Program-made: the position numbers and the translations under genes
Notes under the pieces: generated by a model
The model's input: the letters and a program-made list of their open reading frames with translations, nothing else
Told to the model about the DNA's origin: nothing
Database searches by the model: none
In this document: in pieces, positions 27,161 to 39,959 of the stretch
Position numbering within the stretch: position 1 is the first letter of the stretch
Layout: every line of letters begins with the position of its first letter
NCBI GenBank assembly: GCA_951406725.2
Contig: OX597828.1
Coordinates: 65,100,001 to 65,164,000 of the forward strand
DNA: 64,000 bases
Origin: Octopus vulgaris
Taxonomy: Eukaryota
Direction: 5' to 3'

Positions 27161-28490
27161 ATTACCTCCTTTGAACATGCCAGCTTGTACTGCTCTTTCC
27201 TCGCGACCAAACACCTCTTCCTCTAGTCTTACTCTTATTAAATTCTTCACCTTTGCGATCTTTTTCTCAATTTCCACTTTCTTATCGTAAATTATCATCA
27301 TTCTTAAGTGTCGTCCAGTCGGCTGCTTTCTTTGCCTCACATATTCCATTTTCGTCCTTACTTCCTCTTTCCACTCCTCATATTTCTCCTCTCTGTCTAT
27401 TTCTTCTCTCCTACTTATTGTAGGCTCTGGTTCTGGGGTTCCAGTTTCAATCTTGTCTCTTTTCTTTACTAATTTTTTCTCTTGTACTTTTTCCGCTTTT
27501 CTCTTCTTTTTCGGGCTTTTTGCCGGTGACTCCGCACTTGTTCTTTTTCTGTTTCCTACTATTTCCTCCTCCTTTTCCTCCTCTGACTGGTTCTCCGCTC
27601 TTTTCTCTTGTCTCTTGGGAAACCTTGCCTTCATGTGTCCCCTTGTACTGCAATTATAACATATCGGTGGTCTCCCCTCCACCACGATTCTCAACCAGGT
27701 GTCATCGGGTAGCACCAACTCCTCTGCTATCTTGTGTAAGTCTGGCAGGATTATATGGACCATAATTTCCAGCCCATATCCCCGTCAGTTTATCTCTGCC
27801 GATTTCACCACCTTGATAGTCTCGGTCTCCTCCTCACAGTTGTACATGATAGCTGCCACCAGCCATTCCTCATCTATTTCGGGCGGCACTCTCCCTATCC
27901 GTACTCTCGTCGTCCTTTTACCACGGTAGGTTGGCAAAAGTACCCACCTGGCTGATCTCAACGGCACCGTGGCGTACTTTTTCGCTTCATCCACGTTCAC
28001 GAAGCGAACCTCCACCATGCCGTACTTCCTTCTACGAGTATAGAACGTCGTTACTCCCTTCACTTCACACAGGCATTCAGAATTCTGTAAGTAATTATTT
28101 TCTTTTCTGCCCTTTCCATCGCTTCTACCGGGGATATCAGCCTGAGACAGTCTCCCTCTTTAAAAAAAAAAAATCTTTGGTACTTTTTAAAATATTTTTC
28201 CTTTAAAAAATTTTCCTTTAAAATATTTTTCTTTTGTAGGACGTCGGTTAGCGAGCTTTTGCTCGCCACTGCCACGTAACTACCAGCTTCCATATCTTCA
28301 CCCAAAAATGGGGAAGAAGTAAACAAAGTCAACAATAATTAACAAATCTCAAAATTCCAACAAATAACAGTTTCAAAAAATGCAAATTGCAACAACTCAC
28401 CGCTCTCAATAACCACGTTATCGCCAGACTAAATCAACAACTCAAACATTCTCTACTCGACGCTTCTCACTAGCTATCACGTCCACCATT
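27161..28490 (-). mobile_element. L1/Tx1-type LINE 5' UTR plus ORF1 (gag-like), disrupted
   Basis: ATG ~28293; ORFs 28060-28335, 27785-28063 and 27155-27763 join into ...RTTRVRIGRVPPEIDEEWLVAAI...VVEGRPPICYNCSTRGHMKARF (degenerate CX2CX4HX4C knuckle) followed by a K/E-rich tail; no ORF2. Confidence 0.8.
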
Positions 28491-28822
28491 TATACGTATT
28501 GGACTGGCCTACTTATCGTCTGGGGGAGTCCGCACAACAATGCGTGTAATGAAATTCATCTTGGCGTTATTTCTTTTTTAATGCCAGAAAAACGAATGTA
28601 TTTTAGGATATCACAACAGTTTGAAATTCCAATGACAGATGGCTAAAAATATTTAGAGATTTTTAAGAATGACAATTATTACTTTTAAAACTAATAAGTA
28701 GTGTTAATAATTAATTAGATAAACATTTGCCAACCACAGATATTGTCTTCATTTCGAACATGACTAATGTATACGTTGCACTAACAACTAAGTGCTTAAT
28801 ATTTTATCCAGCTATCTTTAGC

Positions 28823-28853
<31 letters not shown>

Positions 28854-29026
28854 TGTATGTATGTATGTATGTATGTATGTATGTATGTATGTGTGTGTAT
28901 ATATATATATATATATTCATATATATATGATTGTATATTATATTACATTATATTATATATATATATGTATATATATGTATGTATGTATATATGTATGTAT
29001 ATAAATACATATTCATGCATATATGT

Positions 29027-29070
<44 letters not shown>

Positions 29071-29746
29071 GTGTATACACACACACATACACGCCCGTGA
29101 GTGCATTCCATGTTTCTACTGAATATTTAAGGTTTTGAAAATGTGTTGTTTTTTTTAGCATGATTAATTGTTAGTTTGTCCGGAGATATTTATTGATATT
29201 ATTGAAGTTAGAATAACGATTACAACACATTTAGTAGAAAACTGGCGAAGTATCGCTTTAGGTTCTCCTTTACAAATATTTCACTTCATTTGAACTGTTA
29301 TTAATCTTTGGAAATGCATGAATATCGTCAATTCGAATTCCCTCTTCTCATAAAAATTCTTTAAAAATCTGCAAACCTTTCCTTATTCCAGAAATTATTA
29401 ATGAGCTAGGGATTGTTAGCACAAATGTCTTCTTTTAAATGTCATCATTTAAGTTATGTGACAAGCACAAGCTCAATTAATTAATTACTGACACGATCTA
29501 TTAGATTTAAAAGTATTAAGAGTGATTTATAATACTTAATATAGATTTTAGTACAATGACCTGCTATCCGGTTCGATCTCTATCGCTAAATTTACGTCGG
29601 TTGCTAAAAATATTGCCAAACTCATTAATTAGCTTCACGCTAACAACCAACACTTTCCTTTTATCGAACTTGAAACCCTGGGATATATATATTTCGTTTT
29701 TGGATTTGGCTTGCAAGATTCTTTATATGAGTTCGCGTGTTGATGC

Positions 29747-30021
29747 ATATTCTGTTGTGTCTGGGGAAAGTCATTTTCTTTTTGTGCCTTCTAATTTAAC
29801 ACACTCACCGGTAGAATTTCCACTTATTTTTATTGTCCTAAAATTTTCGTTGCGTCTTGCAACCTTTTCAAGTTTTGAAATAGAGTCAAAACTATTGAAA
29901 AGTTTGCAACACGCAAATTTTAGGACGATAAAAATAAGAAATAAGTGGAAATGCTACCGGTGAGTGTGTTAAATAATAAGGCACAAAAAGAAAATGACTC
30001 TCCCCAGACACAACAGAATAT
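29747..30021. repeat. Fold-back element with U3-A8 hammerhead-like motif
   Basis: Arms 29747-29878 and 29886-30021; minus strand 29835-29871 reads TTGAAAA-G-GTTGC-aagac-GCAAC-GAA-AATT-T-TAGGAC. Confidence 0.88.
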
Positions 30022-30533
30022 ATATATATATATTATTAGTAATAGCACTTTTTATCCTTCACGGCCAGAAATATCGGGTGTGTTTTGTCAACACTGTTTA
30101 TAAAATAGAATGTTGATATATGTAAAAGAATTTACCGAATTTTCTAGTTTCTCTCCCACTTGCTCCTGTGCTCACTCACTCTCTCTCACTCTCTCTCTCA
30201 CTCTTTCTCTCGCCCTCTGTCTCTTTCTCTCATTCGCGCGCACACACACAACCACGCACACTCGCTCACTCCTTCTTCCCCCCCACCCAGATTTTCCCGC
30301 CACAATCATAAACATTTCAATTGATATGTTTATTTTTTCTTCGCAATATGTCTGTCTGTAACGACTTCAGCAAACGTTTAAGTATCACAGGTTTTGGTTT
30401 ATCTATGTATGTGTGTGTGTGCGTGCATGTATGTGTTTGTGTGTGCGTGTGTATGTTGGTACGCGTATGTATATACATATATATGTATATATACATGTAC
30501 ATGTATGTATATATATATATATATATACACATA

Positions 30534-30592
<59 letters not shown>

Positions 30593-30623
30593 ACATATAT
30601 ATGAATGCATATTTATTTATATA

Positions 30624-30684
<61 letters not shown>

Positions 30685-31145
30685 AAATGTATGTATATAT
30701 TTGTATATATATGTTTGTATGTACGTATGTGTCTGTTACGAAGTTTGTCGTAATAAGTTGTTTACAGGCTTGGAATCACGCTTGTCAGAAGTAGGTTTTA
30801 TATAGCAACTAAATTAAACATTGGATTTGGAAGTATTTAGTTACATTTGGCCTCTACTGACATTTATTATAAATGTCTCTAGTGAGTCATTTGGTATATA
30901 TATATATATATATATAGCCATCTCTGTATGCTGGATTATCTGCTCCTGTTTAGAAAAAGGGAGAAATAAGGGTCCGGGTAGAATACATTGGTTATACTGT
31001 CTGAATGTCTATTTTACAATTCATATAACAAATACATCTACATACTTTTCATACACTCATACACTTACAAATATACACATATACGCACAAGCAGTGGGTA
31101 TTTTCATATAAGCATTTACTTCAGTTTACACACACACACACACAT

Positions 31146-31180
<35 letters not shown>

Positions 31181-31205
31181 AACAAATCTATCTATCTACC
31201 TATAC

Positions 31206-31257
<52 letters not shown>

Positions 31258-31393
31258 CCACACACACACACACACACACGCACACATCCACACACACACA
31301 CATACACACCGCAAATTCGCATGTAGGTACACACACACTCACACATGCATACATACATACATACATACATACATACATACATACATACATACA

Positions 31394-31425
<32 letters not shown>

Positions 31426-32222
31426 GTTTAGTAGAGGATAATAAAAATACCGATGTGTGATTGCAGAGATTAACGGGAACTATTTTCAGAAATCTTGGCA
31501 CCACAACTTTTCATCCTCTCGAAATTTATGTCTCTACGCCGAAAAAAAATTAAGAATCAACATAGGCGAAAGAAACATTTGCTTTATATCATAATTTGCT
31601 TATATCGTAATTAAAATGTATTTATATTTGCGATACAATAGCCAATAACGTAAGTCTTACTTGCTTTTTTGTTGAACTATTTACCAAACATATGAGAAAC
31701 AGGGTGCCAAAAGTGATATACTACGTTTATTTAGTATCTCACGAGATTCCTATCTGTACAAAATGATTCAAAAGAAGATATTTAAATATAGTTTTAAAGA
31801 ATACCAATTAACTCATTTCTTTTATTGTTTTTAGTTAATTTTATGTTACTTTGCTAATGAATATTTATTAGTGACAGAGAGAGAGCATTAATAACGAATG
31901 GTAACATCCCCACCACCAAAGCCACCACCAACACCCACTAAATGTTCTATTGGAATAATCTATACAGCGGTAGATACCATGAAAGAAACTCTCATATTGA
32001 CTTTTGTTGTTAAATGCACTCTTGTTCCTATCTCTAACAGAGAGATAAATCATGTGATCTGGTGATCTTGGCACCAGAGGCGGCACGTGTTTCTCTCCCC
32101 GCTTCCTATGTAAACAAGATTGTATTTTGCACCAAACGTCAATACGAGGGTTTCTCTCATGGTACCTACCGCAGTATAATTTGCTCTACCAAAACATCTA
32201 TGTTTAAATGGGGATAAATATT

Positions 32223-32742
32223 CTTTTCTACTCTAAGCACGAGGCCCGAAATTTTGGGGAAAAGGGCCAGTCGACTAGATTGACCCCCGTACGTAACTAA
32301 TACTTAATTTATCGACCCCGAAAGGATGAAAGGCAAAGTCGACCTCGGCGGAATTTGAACTCAGAACGTAGCAGCAGACGAAATACCTTTTTCACTACCC
32401 AAAAGGGGCTAAACACAGAGAGGACAAACAAAGACAGACAAACGGATTAAGTCGAGTATATCGACGTTCTGAGTTCAAATCCCGCCGAGGTCGACTTTGC
32501 CTTTCATCCTTTCGGGGCGATTAAATAAGTACCAGTTACGCACCAGTGCGTAACTGGTACTTATTTAATCACCCCCGAAAGGATGAAAGGCAAAGTGCGT
32601 AACTGGTACTTATTTAATCGCCCCCGAAAGGATGAAAGGCAAAGTCGACCTCGGCGGAATTTGAACTCAGAACGTAACGGCAGACGCAATACCTCTAAGC
32701 ATTTCGCCCGGCGTGCTAACGATTCTGCCAGCTCGCCGCCTT
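32223..32742 (-). mobile_element. Composite/nested SINE-A with internal inversion and tandem duplication
   Basis: 15-bp TSD atggggataaatatt (32208-32222, 32743-32757); second SINE tail starts at 32389; inverted segment 32464-32543; duplicated ~48-mer 32545-32645. Confidence 0.88.
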
Positions 32743-32999
32743 ATGGGGATAAATATTACTCAGCTAATGATATGTTAGACTTAATCACGATTCAAGTAGT
32801 AGTCCATTTCATGTTAAGGCGTGACCAAACAAGTTAGTTGCTTGGCAGTGTCCCATGGGTCTAAGAACCCCCGATGCTAATGTTCATGTTTTGACATATG
32901 CTCAGGGTGTGTATGCAGACGGGGAGCAAGTATTGATTTCTCTTGGCCCTATAAGGTTGTTGAGACGAGAGTGAACGTCCTTTGTGGTTTCTATAATAA

Positions 33000-33215
33000 T
33001 CCTTTCTACTATAGGCACAAAGCCTGAAATTTTGGAGGAGGAGGTCACTCCGTTACATGGACCCCAGTACTTCACTGGTACTTATTTTATCGAACCCGAA
33101 TGGATAAAAGACAAAACCGACCTCGAAGGAATTTTAATTCAGAGCGTAAAATCAGACGAAATGCTTCTAAACATCTCGTCCGGCGCACTAACGATTCTGT
33201 CAGCCCGCCCGCCGC
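33000..33215 (-). mobile_element. SINE group A (tail type 3)
   Basis: tttctactataggcacaaagcctgaaatttt...cagcccgcccgcc. Confidence 0.8.
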
Positions 33216-33409
33216 CGTTGCAGTTTTGTAATAGTGAAATTGTAAATACCTACAATGTCTTAGTTATGAAGTTAGTGTTAATATTATAATGGTTGTACAT
33301 TACAGTCTGACTACCATTTAGTTAGTAGAAGTGGATCCTATTAAAACTAAGTTGATTGTAAATTAAGTTCAGCTCAGAACGTAGTAGGTAGCTTATATTT
33401 ATATCATAT

Positions 33410-33605
33410 AACACGACGAGCAGGCAGAATCACTGGCACGCCGGGTAGTTTGTTTATAACGGCATTTCTTCTGTCTTTACGTTCTGAGTTCAAATTCCAC
33501 CGAGGTTCACTTTGCTTCATCCTCTTCGGGTAGATGTACTCGACTTGCACCCCTCCCCCATACACACACACATACCTTCCGAAATTGCTAACCTTACGCC
33601 AAACT
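33410..33605 (+). mobile_element. SINE group A, older copy
   Basis: Head and body similarity with an internal deletion. Confidence 0.75.
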
Positions 33606-33632
33606 ATTGTATATATTTCATATTGAATTAAC

Positions 33633-33863
33633 AAGGCGGCGAACTGGCAGAAACGTTAGCACGCCGGGCGAAATGCGTAGCCGTATTTCGTCTGTCGTTA
33701 CGTTCCGGGTTCAAATTCCGCCGAGGTCGACTTTGTCTTTCATCCTTTCGAGGTCGATAAATTAAGTACCAGTTACGCACAGGGGTCGATGTAATCGACT
33801 TAATCCCTTTGTCTGTCCTTGTTTATCCCCTCTGTGTTTACCCCCTTGTGGGTAGTAAAGAAA
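33633..33863 (+). mobile_element. SINE group A, young full-length copy (tail type 1)
   Basis: Perfect 20-bp TSD tatatatttcatattgaatt (33610-33629, 33864-33883); A-box tggcagaaacg, B-box ggttcaaattcc. Confidence 0.93.
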
Positions 33864-34885
33864 TATATATTTCATATTGAATTTAAAAAGAAAAAAAGAT
33901 TCGAAAATACATAAAGAGGACAGAAACCAACCAAATGCTTTTCATTTCTCGGTTACCATTCTATTTGTTTGCACAAATACAGTAAGTAGAATCTGTTACT
34001 TTTACTGTCCTGCTCTATTTACGATGTAGTCCTCCCATCTGATGGACACCGATCATTTGCAAAATCTCCTTCATATTCTGACATTTAAAACTTATTTTGC
34101 GTTTACTCTTCAGATATAGCTGCAGTTGAATGACAGCTTGAAAGGTAATTAACAGATGCTATTGCCAAGAACGTAGCACAAGCAAACATGAAGACATAAC
34201 TGTATGAATTGACGGCCATAATAATTATTAAAAGTGTAAATGCTAATATCAATTTTTGTTGGATTAGATGAAAATTGTTGTTCTTGTTGACATTGTTGTC
34301 GTCGTGGTTGTCCTTGTAGTGGTCGTTATTATTACTGTTGTTTATTAGCAGCAGATTTGCACCGATAAGGCAGACCTGTGATCGAAATAAATCAGCTGTT
34401 GCCAATTCGTTGTTTCTCCGGCATTGTAAAAAAAACAATGTCCAAAATGTTCTTTTTAATGATTGCAGGTGACACTTGTGGAAGATGTGACTGCTATTTC
34501 TAGTGGATTAAGTAACAGCAACGGCACATAGCCAAGCTGCTTGTGCCTGGCGACGTATAGACAAGTTACGTGTCTCTTACTGATAGAGACAATGAAAAGG
34601 TTAGACGTCATATGTGCATCTTAGCAACGTAAATCGTGCACGACACTTACAAGCTGATTTCAACACCGGTTCAGCTTTCTAGATTAGCTTAAGCCAACCC
34701 TTCGATACATTTTGGCAGACATGAACGCATTAAAAATCTTTACATGCGTATAGAAGCACGCAACACACACACATAACCACCCATACACTGATTCATATAT
34801 GTATTTACACATACTCAAATGCATATACTCTATACATGTGTATGTGTGTGTGTAAGCATGCATGTGCATACATAATTATATTATA

Positions 34886-34932
<47 letters not shown>

Positions 34933-34936
<4 letters not shown>

Positions 34937-35010
34937 CGTCCTGTACCCATATATGCATGTGTATATATTCGTATATATGTAGGTATGTACATGTATATAT
35001 GTATATATGC

Positions 35011-35065
<55 letters not shown>

Positions 35066-35745
35066 TATATTATTTTATGATCGAACACCACGCATCCATT
35101 TCCAAGTATGTTTTATCTTAATAATTCCGATGCTACACTTCCATCACTATTCTATCACTATCTCTATACTCCCTCTCTTCTTCTTTTTTTCTCTCCCACT
35201 CTTTCTCTAATTCTTCACCGTTCTCTATCTGTCCTTCTCTCTCCCTCACTCTTCTACACTCTTCCTCCTAGACTCTTTCGTTGCTCACACTGCCCAGCGG
35301 CGCTCTTTCTTTCTCTTCCTTAAGCTACAAGGGACAGTGCGCACTTTTGTCTGTCTCCTGTCAAAGCTTGTTTCTCCATCGTTCACCACGTCACCTCGTT
35401 ATGGCTTAACAGCCCTTACCATCTGCTTTAACTGTTTTTGTACCAACTTTTAACTTCCACAAATCCCAAATTCTATTTAATTTGCTTTACGGGAACGACT
35501 GTTTTGACGAAGACACATCTTGTCCTAACGTTCACAATGCGGAGTATATAAAAAAGTGGACAACTGATGAAGGGAGTGTTCTTTATGTTGCCTGTCTCGC
35601 TTTTCTATTTGTTTCTTTCGAAAAAACGTTCGTTTTCATGTTTCTGTTTTTCATGTTGTTCACATTTTTGACGTCCTGTACCCATATATACATGTGTATA
35701 TACATATGTACGTAGGTATGTACATGTATGTAAATATGCATATAT
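34933..35745 (+). mobile_element. Penelope-like remnant with direct terminal repeat (pLTR-like)
   Basis: tgacgtcctgtacccatatat...gtaggtatgtacatgta at 34934 and 35669; degenerate hammerhead TTGACGA-A-GAC..GTC-cta-ACGT at 35504-35531; ctgatgaagg at 35564. Confidence 0.55.
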
Positions 35746-36062
35746 ATATATATATATATATATATCATTAAAGGATGAAATCATTAAAAATGTTCTCAGT
35801 CGCCAACATATAAGATAAACTTATTTAGGTAAATTCCTATGTAGAGATTTGTAATAGTATAAAATAAAATCATGATTAAGGGCACAGAGGCTTCTGTGCC
35901 TTTGAAACCAAATGGCGATTTTATTGAATAAATTTACTCTTTAGTATTTCAAGATATTTTTATGTAATTTTGGTAAATATATCTGTTAAAATAAGATGTC
36001 AATGTTAGTTTCACTTTTGTGCACAATTTAGACAATATATTCACTCTACCGTGTACATAGGG

Positions 36063-36452
36063 GCTGGAGTGGCTGTGTGGTAAGTAGCTTGCTTACCAAC
36101 CACATGGTTCCGGGTTCAGTCCCACTGCGTGGCATCTTGGGCAAGTGTCTTCTGCTATAGCCCCGGGCCGACCAATGCCTTGTGAGTGGATTTGGTAGAC
36201 GGATACTGAAAGAAGCCTGTCGTATATATATATATGTGTGTGTGTGTTTGTGTGTCTGTGTTTCTCCCCCTAGCATTGCTTGACAACCGATACTGGTGTG
36301 TTTACGTCCCCGTTAACTAGCGGTTCGGCAAAAGAGACCGATAGAATAAGTACTGGGGCTTACAAAGAATAAGTCCCGGGGTCGATTTGCTCAACTAAAG
36401 GCGATGCTACGACATGGCCGCAGTCAAATGACTGAAACAAGTAAAAGAGTAA
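36063..36452 (+). mobile_element. SINE group B, full length
   Basis: End-to-end match to the group-B consensus. Confidence 0.92.
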
Positions 36453-36489
36453 ATATATATATATATATATATTCATATATAGCTACACA

Positions 36490-37118
36490 TATCGCAATAC
36501 TTTGAACACACCCCACTAAACACCGTTGGTCACAGCTGACTTGGTTGCTGAATGCAATCGAGACGATAAGACAACTTGGAAGCTCGCTATACGACTAGGC
36601 TTTGTGCTAAACTGGTCAAAAATTCTAGAAACATATGAAATGCTTCAGACTCCTCATTTGTATGAGCCGAGCATCTGTTTTTCCCTGACACAAGAAGCCT
36701 GGCAACGCAAGCCCACTGGGAAGCACGTAATTATCTCCCTTTTCGATAACAAACGTATCATCTATTTCCACTAGATTCTTCCTGTGCAGACGGTCAGCAA
36801 ACAATGCTTCATGGAGGAGTTAAAGGAGTTCAGGGAGGGATTTTTAGACAAAAGCCTAAAGCACCTGGACCAAGACAACGGTTACCAATCACTTGACAGA
36901 GATGGACATCAAAACTTTTGCTCACCTTACCTAAGGGTGTCCTGGACACCTTCATTTTTGAGGACTTCTATGGGGCATTCACGAAATGTCTGGGGTACTA
37001 TAACAAGTGCATTGAAGTCAGAGGAGCTTACTTCGGAATAGATTTTAGTTTTTTACTCCTTTGAAATTAACAAATATCTGTCTCAAAGAAGTCTGAAAAT
37101 TTCTGGAATGCACCGATA
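36490..37118 (+). mobile_element. Internally deleted mariner transposon
   Basis: ETYEMLQT; VIISLFDNKRIIYFH*ILPVQTVSKQCFMEELKEFR...HLDQDN (DD34D-family motifs); 3' TIR-like aagtctgaaaatttctggaatgcaccga-TA. Confidence 0.8.
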
Positions 37119-37129
37119 TATATATATAT

Positions 37130-37345
37130 ATCGCCATGATAGATCGTTAGCCACAACACACATTTTTCTCCCCTTTTTTTCTCTCTTTGTTTTTCTCCTT
37201 GTTTTTCTGTGTCTCTTTCTGTAGAAGAGCGTAGGCTCGAAACGTAAAATACTTTTTCTATTCCTGAGAGTTATACTAATACATCTGTTTATTTTGTACA
37301 CCACCTGTCTTCGTCCTTTTTTTTTTTCGTAAACTCTCCCTATAT
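37130..37345 (+). mobile_element. Penelope-like terminal fragment with hammerhead motif
   Basis: ttt-CTGTAGA-A-GAGC-gtag-GCTC-GAA-ACGT-A-aaa at 37216-37249; second copy inverted at 50833-51005; in (TA)n. Confidence 0.7.
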
Positions 37346-37879
37346 ATATATTAAGTTGTATCTGCTCCAAGCACTGTTTAGGCATAAGGAACTTATACCT
37401 AAACGCAGCTTGGCTTATGTTCGAATAAGTTAAACGCTGTTGGTGCTTATACTACTGAGCTTCTTCCTACCTGGCGCTCTAACAGCGCAAATGACTCAAT
37501 GTTTTTGACTACATTTTATTTAAATATGCAGCTTTAAATCTGCCTGCAGTAACCCCTCTTCGGTATTTCCCATTGATAATAAATAAAGAGCTAAAAATTC
37601 TGGGAATCTGACAGCGGATGACAACAGGGAAATGTGGTGTTTTTGTGAATTTTGCCGTAAGAAATGTTCTGATTTCTACGCGGTAACGACAGCGAATTTG
37701 CTTTTAGAAATTGAAATATGTCAGAAAAATATTGTAACTGACCTAAAGTTCGTATACGTCGTGTGTGTGTGTGTCCGTGTCCGTGTGTGTGTGTGTGTGT
37801 GTGTGTGTCCATGTCCGTGTGTGTGCATGTGCGTTTGTGTGTATGTATGTATGTATGTATGTATGCATGTATATATATA

Positions 37880-38129
<250 letters not shown>

Positions 38130-38130
38130 T

Positions 38131-38480
38131 GTTTCTTTATTAGCCACACAGGGCTGCACACAGACAGGACAAAATTACAAGGTAGAGCTTTTCTTTTGGG
38201 GGTAAAAGAAGGGGGTTTGGTTTTCGATCAAAAGGGATCGTAAATGGAAAGAAAAAGGACAAAAAAAGGGGGAGATAAATTTTTTTTTTAAAGGGGGGGA
38301 AATTGGATCAATAGGGATCGTTATCACAGAAATGTCAATATGAAGTGTAAAGGGGAGGACAGGTGAGGTTTACCCGTGGAAAGAAAAGCCTACGGAAAAG
38401 ACCACGGTAACCTCGGTCAATGAAGTCACATGTTATATTTCTTTTTTTTTTTGCAAATAATCAACTCACTGTATTAATTT
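38131..38480 (-). mobile_element. LINE 3' UTR inserted in (GATA)n
   Basis: Ends ctgtgtgcagccctgtgtggctaataaagaaa; GATA repeats on both sides; homologous to 14121-14215. Confidence 0.72.
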
Positions 38481-38496
38481 TTAGATAGATAGATAT

Positions 38497-38822
38497 AATT
38501 GCTAAAGAGGACAACAAACGTTAAGACGAGGCAAACATCTCAACTCGTATATATTATTATTATTGCAAAAAAATATGGGTTATTCTGTCATCAGAGACAA
38601 ATAAGGAAAATAGGGAAAATGAGAATGGTATATACATCTCATTAATATATATTATTCTCATTTTGCCTATTTTTCCCTATTAGTCTCTCGAGAGCGATTT
38701 ATCCCTTACTTGGGGATATCCCAGTAACAGCTGTAAGACTTTGACTTTTATTCCAATAATAATAATGTATACGCCTCGTAATTATTGCCTTGCCTTAACG
38801 TTTGTTGTCCTGTTTAACAATT
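38497..38822. repeat. Old fold-back element with hammerhead remnants
   Basis: Arms ~38497-38630 and ~38650-38822; left arm (-) has gtct-CTGATGA (38588-38598); right arm has gtct...tatccc/gggata...ACAGCTGT-A-agac (38683-38739). Confidence 0.75.
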
Positions 38823-38963
38823 ATATATCCGCTGCATCGGAAATCTGAATTGGCTGCATAACTACCATCTCGGCTATAAACTTTGATCTCTAGTAATCCG
38901 CTACAGCGTACCTATTCGTTTACAACACCTGTGAACAAAACCCCCATAAACCCCTATACTTGG

Positions 38964-39022
<59 letters not shown>

Positions 39023-39112
39023 TGTATATACGAACATACATATATATATACATACATAAATTAATTCTCCTCAAATGGAAATTTACCCACGCTATCATGA
39101 CTACAATTAATA

Positions 39113-39249
39113 ACACTTTGTACTATAGCCACAAGTCCTGAAATTTTAGAGGGAAGGCTAGTCAATTATTTTGACCCCAGTACTCAACTGGTACTTATTT
39201 TATCGACCCTGAAATGATGAAAAGCAAAGTCGACCCCAGAGGAATTTGA
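39113..39249 (-). mobile_element. 5'-truncated SINE-A
   Basis: 16-bp TSD atgactacaattaata (39097-39112, 39250-39265). Confidence 0.85.
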
Positions 39250-39959
39250 ATGACTACAATTAATACCAACACTGTATTCTACTTTTCCATAAAAAAAAAA
39301 ACGTAGCTATTGAATGAAGTGTTAAGATTCCAATCACACCAAAACACATACACTATAAATTCGAAAATTTCTTGAAATCCTGATGTAAAGCAGTGCAAAT
39401 TTAAATGGTGGAGAAGTGATTTTTCTCATTTGGATTAAAGTTGTTGATTGTGATACAAAGTTGTATGTATACATATGCACATATTTGTATATGTACATTC
39501 ATAAATACAGAAACATACATTATATATCTTATATAAATATGTCTACTTATATATGAATATAAGTATATGCACATATGTATGTATGTATTATGTATGTACA
39601 CACATATCAATTCCCACCTAAATATAATGCTATCAACAACAGATGTGCAGAAGTGTATTAAAATGTTTATCATTTTCCTCAACCTTATTCAACATTTCTC
39701 TGTAACTGACTGTTTCCTCCTACGAATATAAAATTAATGCATTTTATTTGACATCTCGCCCTTAATCAAACCTGAATGGAAACTACTCACGACTCGGAAA
39801 TTCGTTTTCACTATCATTGATACTCACAAGAAGAGTAACATCATTTTCTGCATAACTGTCAAAACTGTAAGCTATTTAATATGTTGCAAAAATGCCAATC
39901 ACCATAAAACAAGTAAATCTGGAACTTTCCCTAAAGTTTATGATATGCGAAGCGAGAAA

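Noticed and set aside
32068-32088. CTCF-like motif gcaccagaggcggcac
   Set aside because: One base short in the core GGG and no supporting context.
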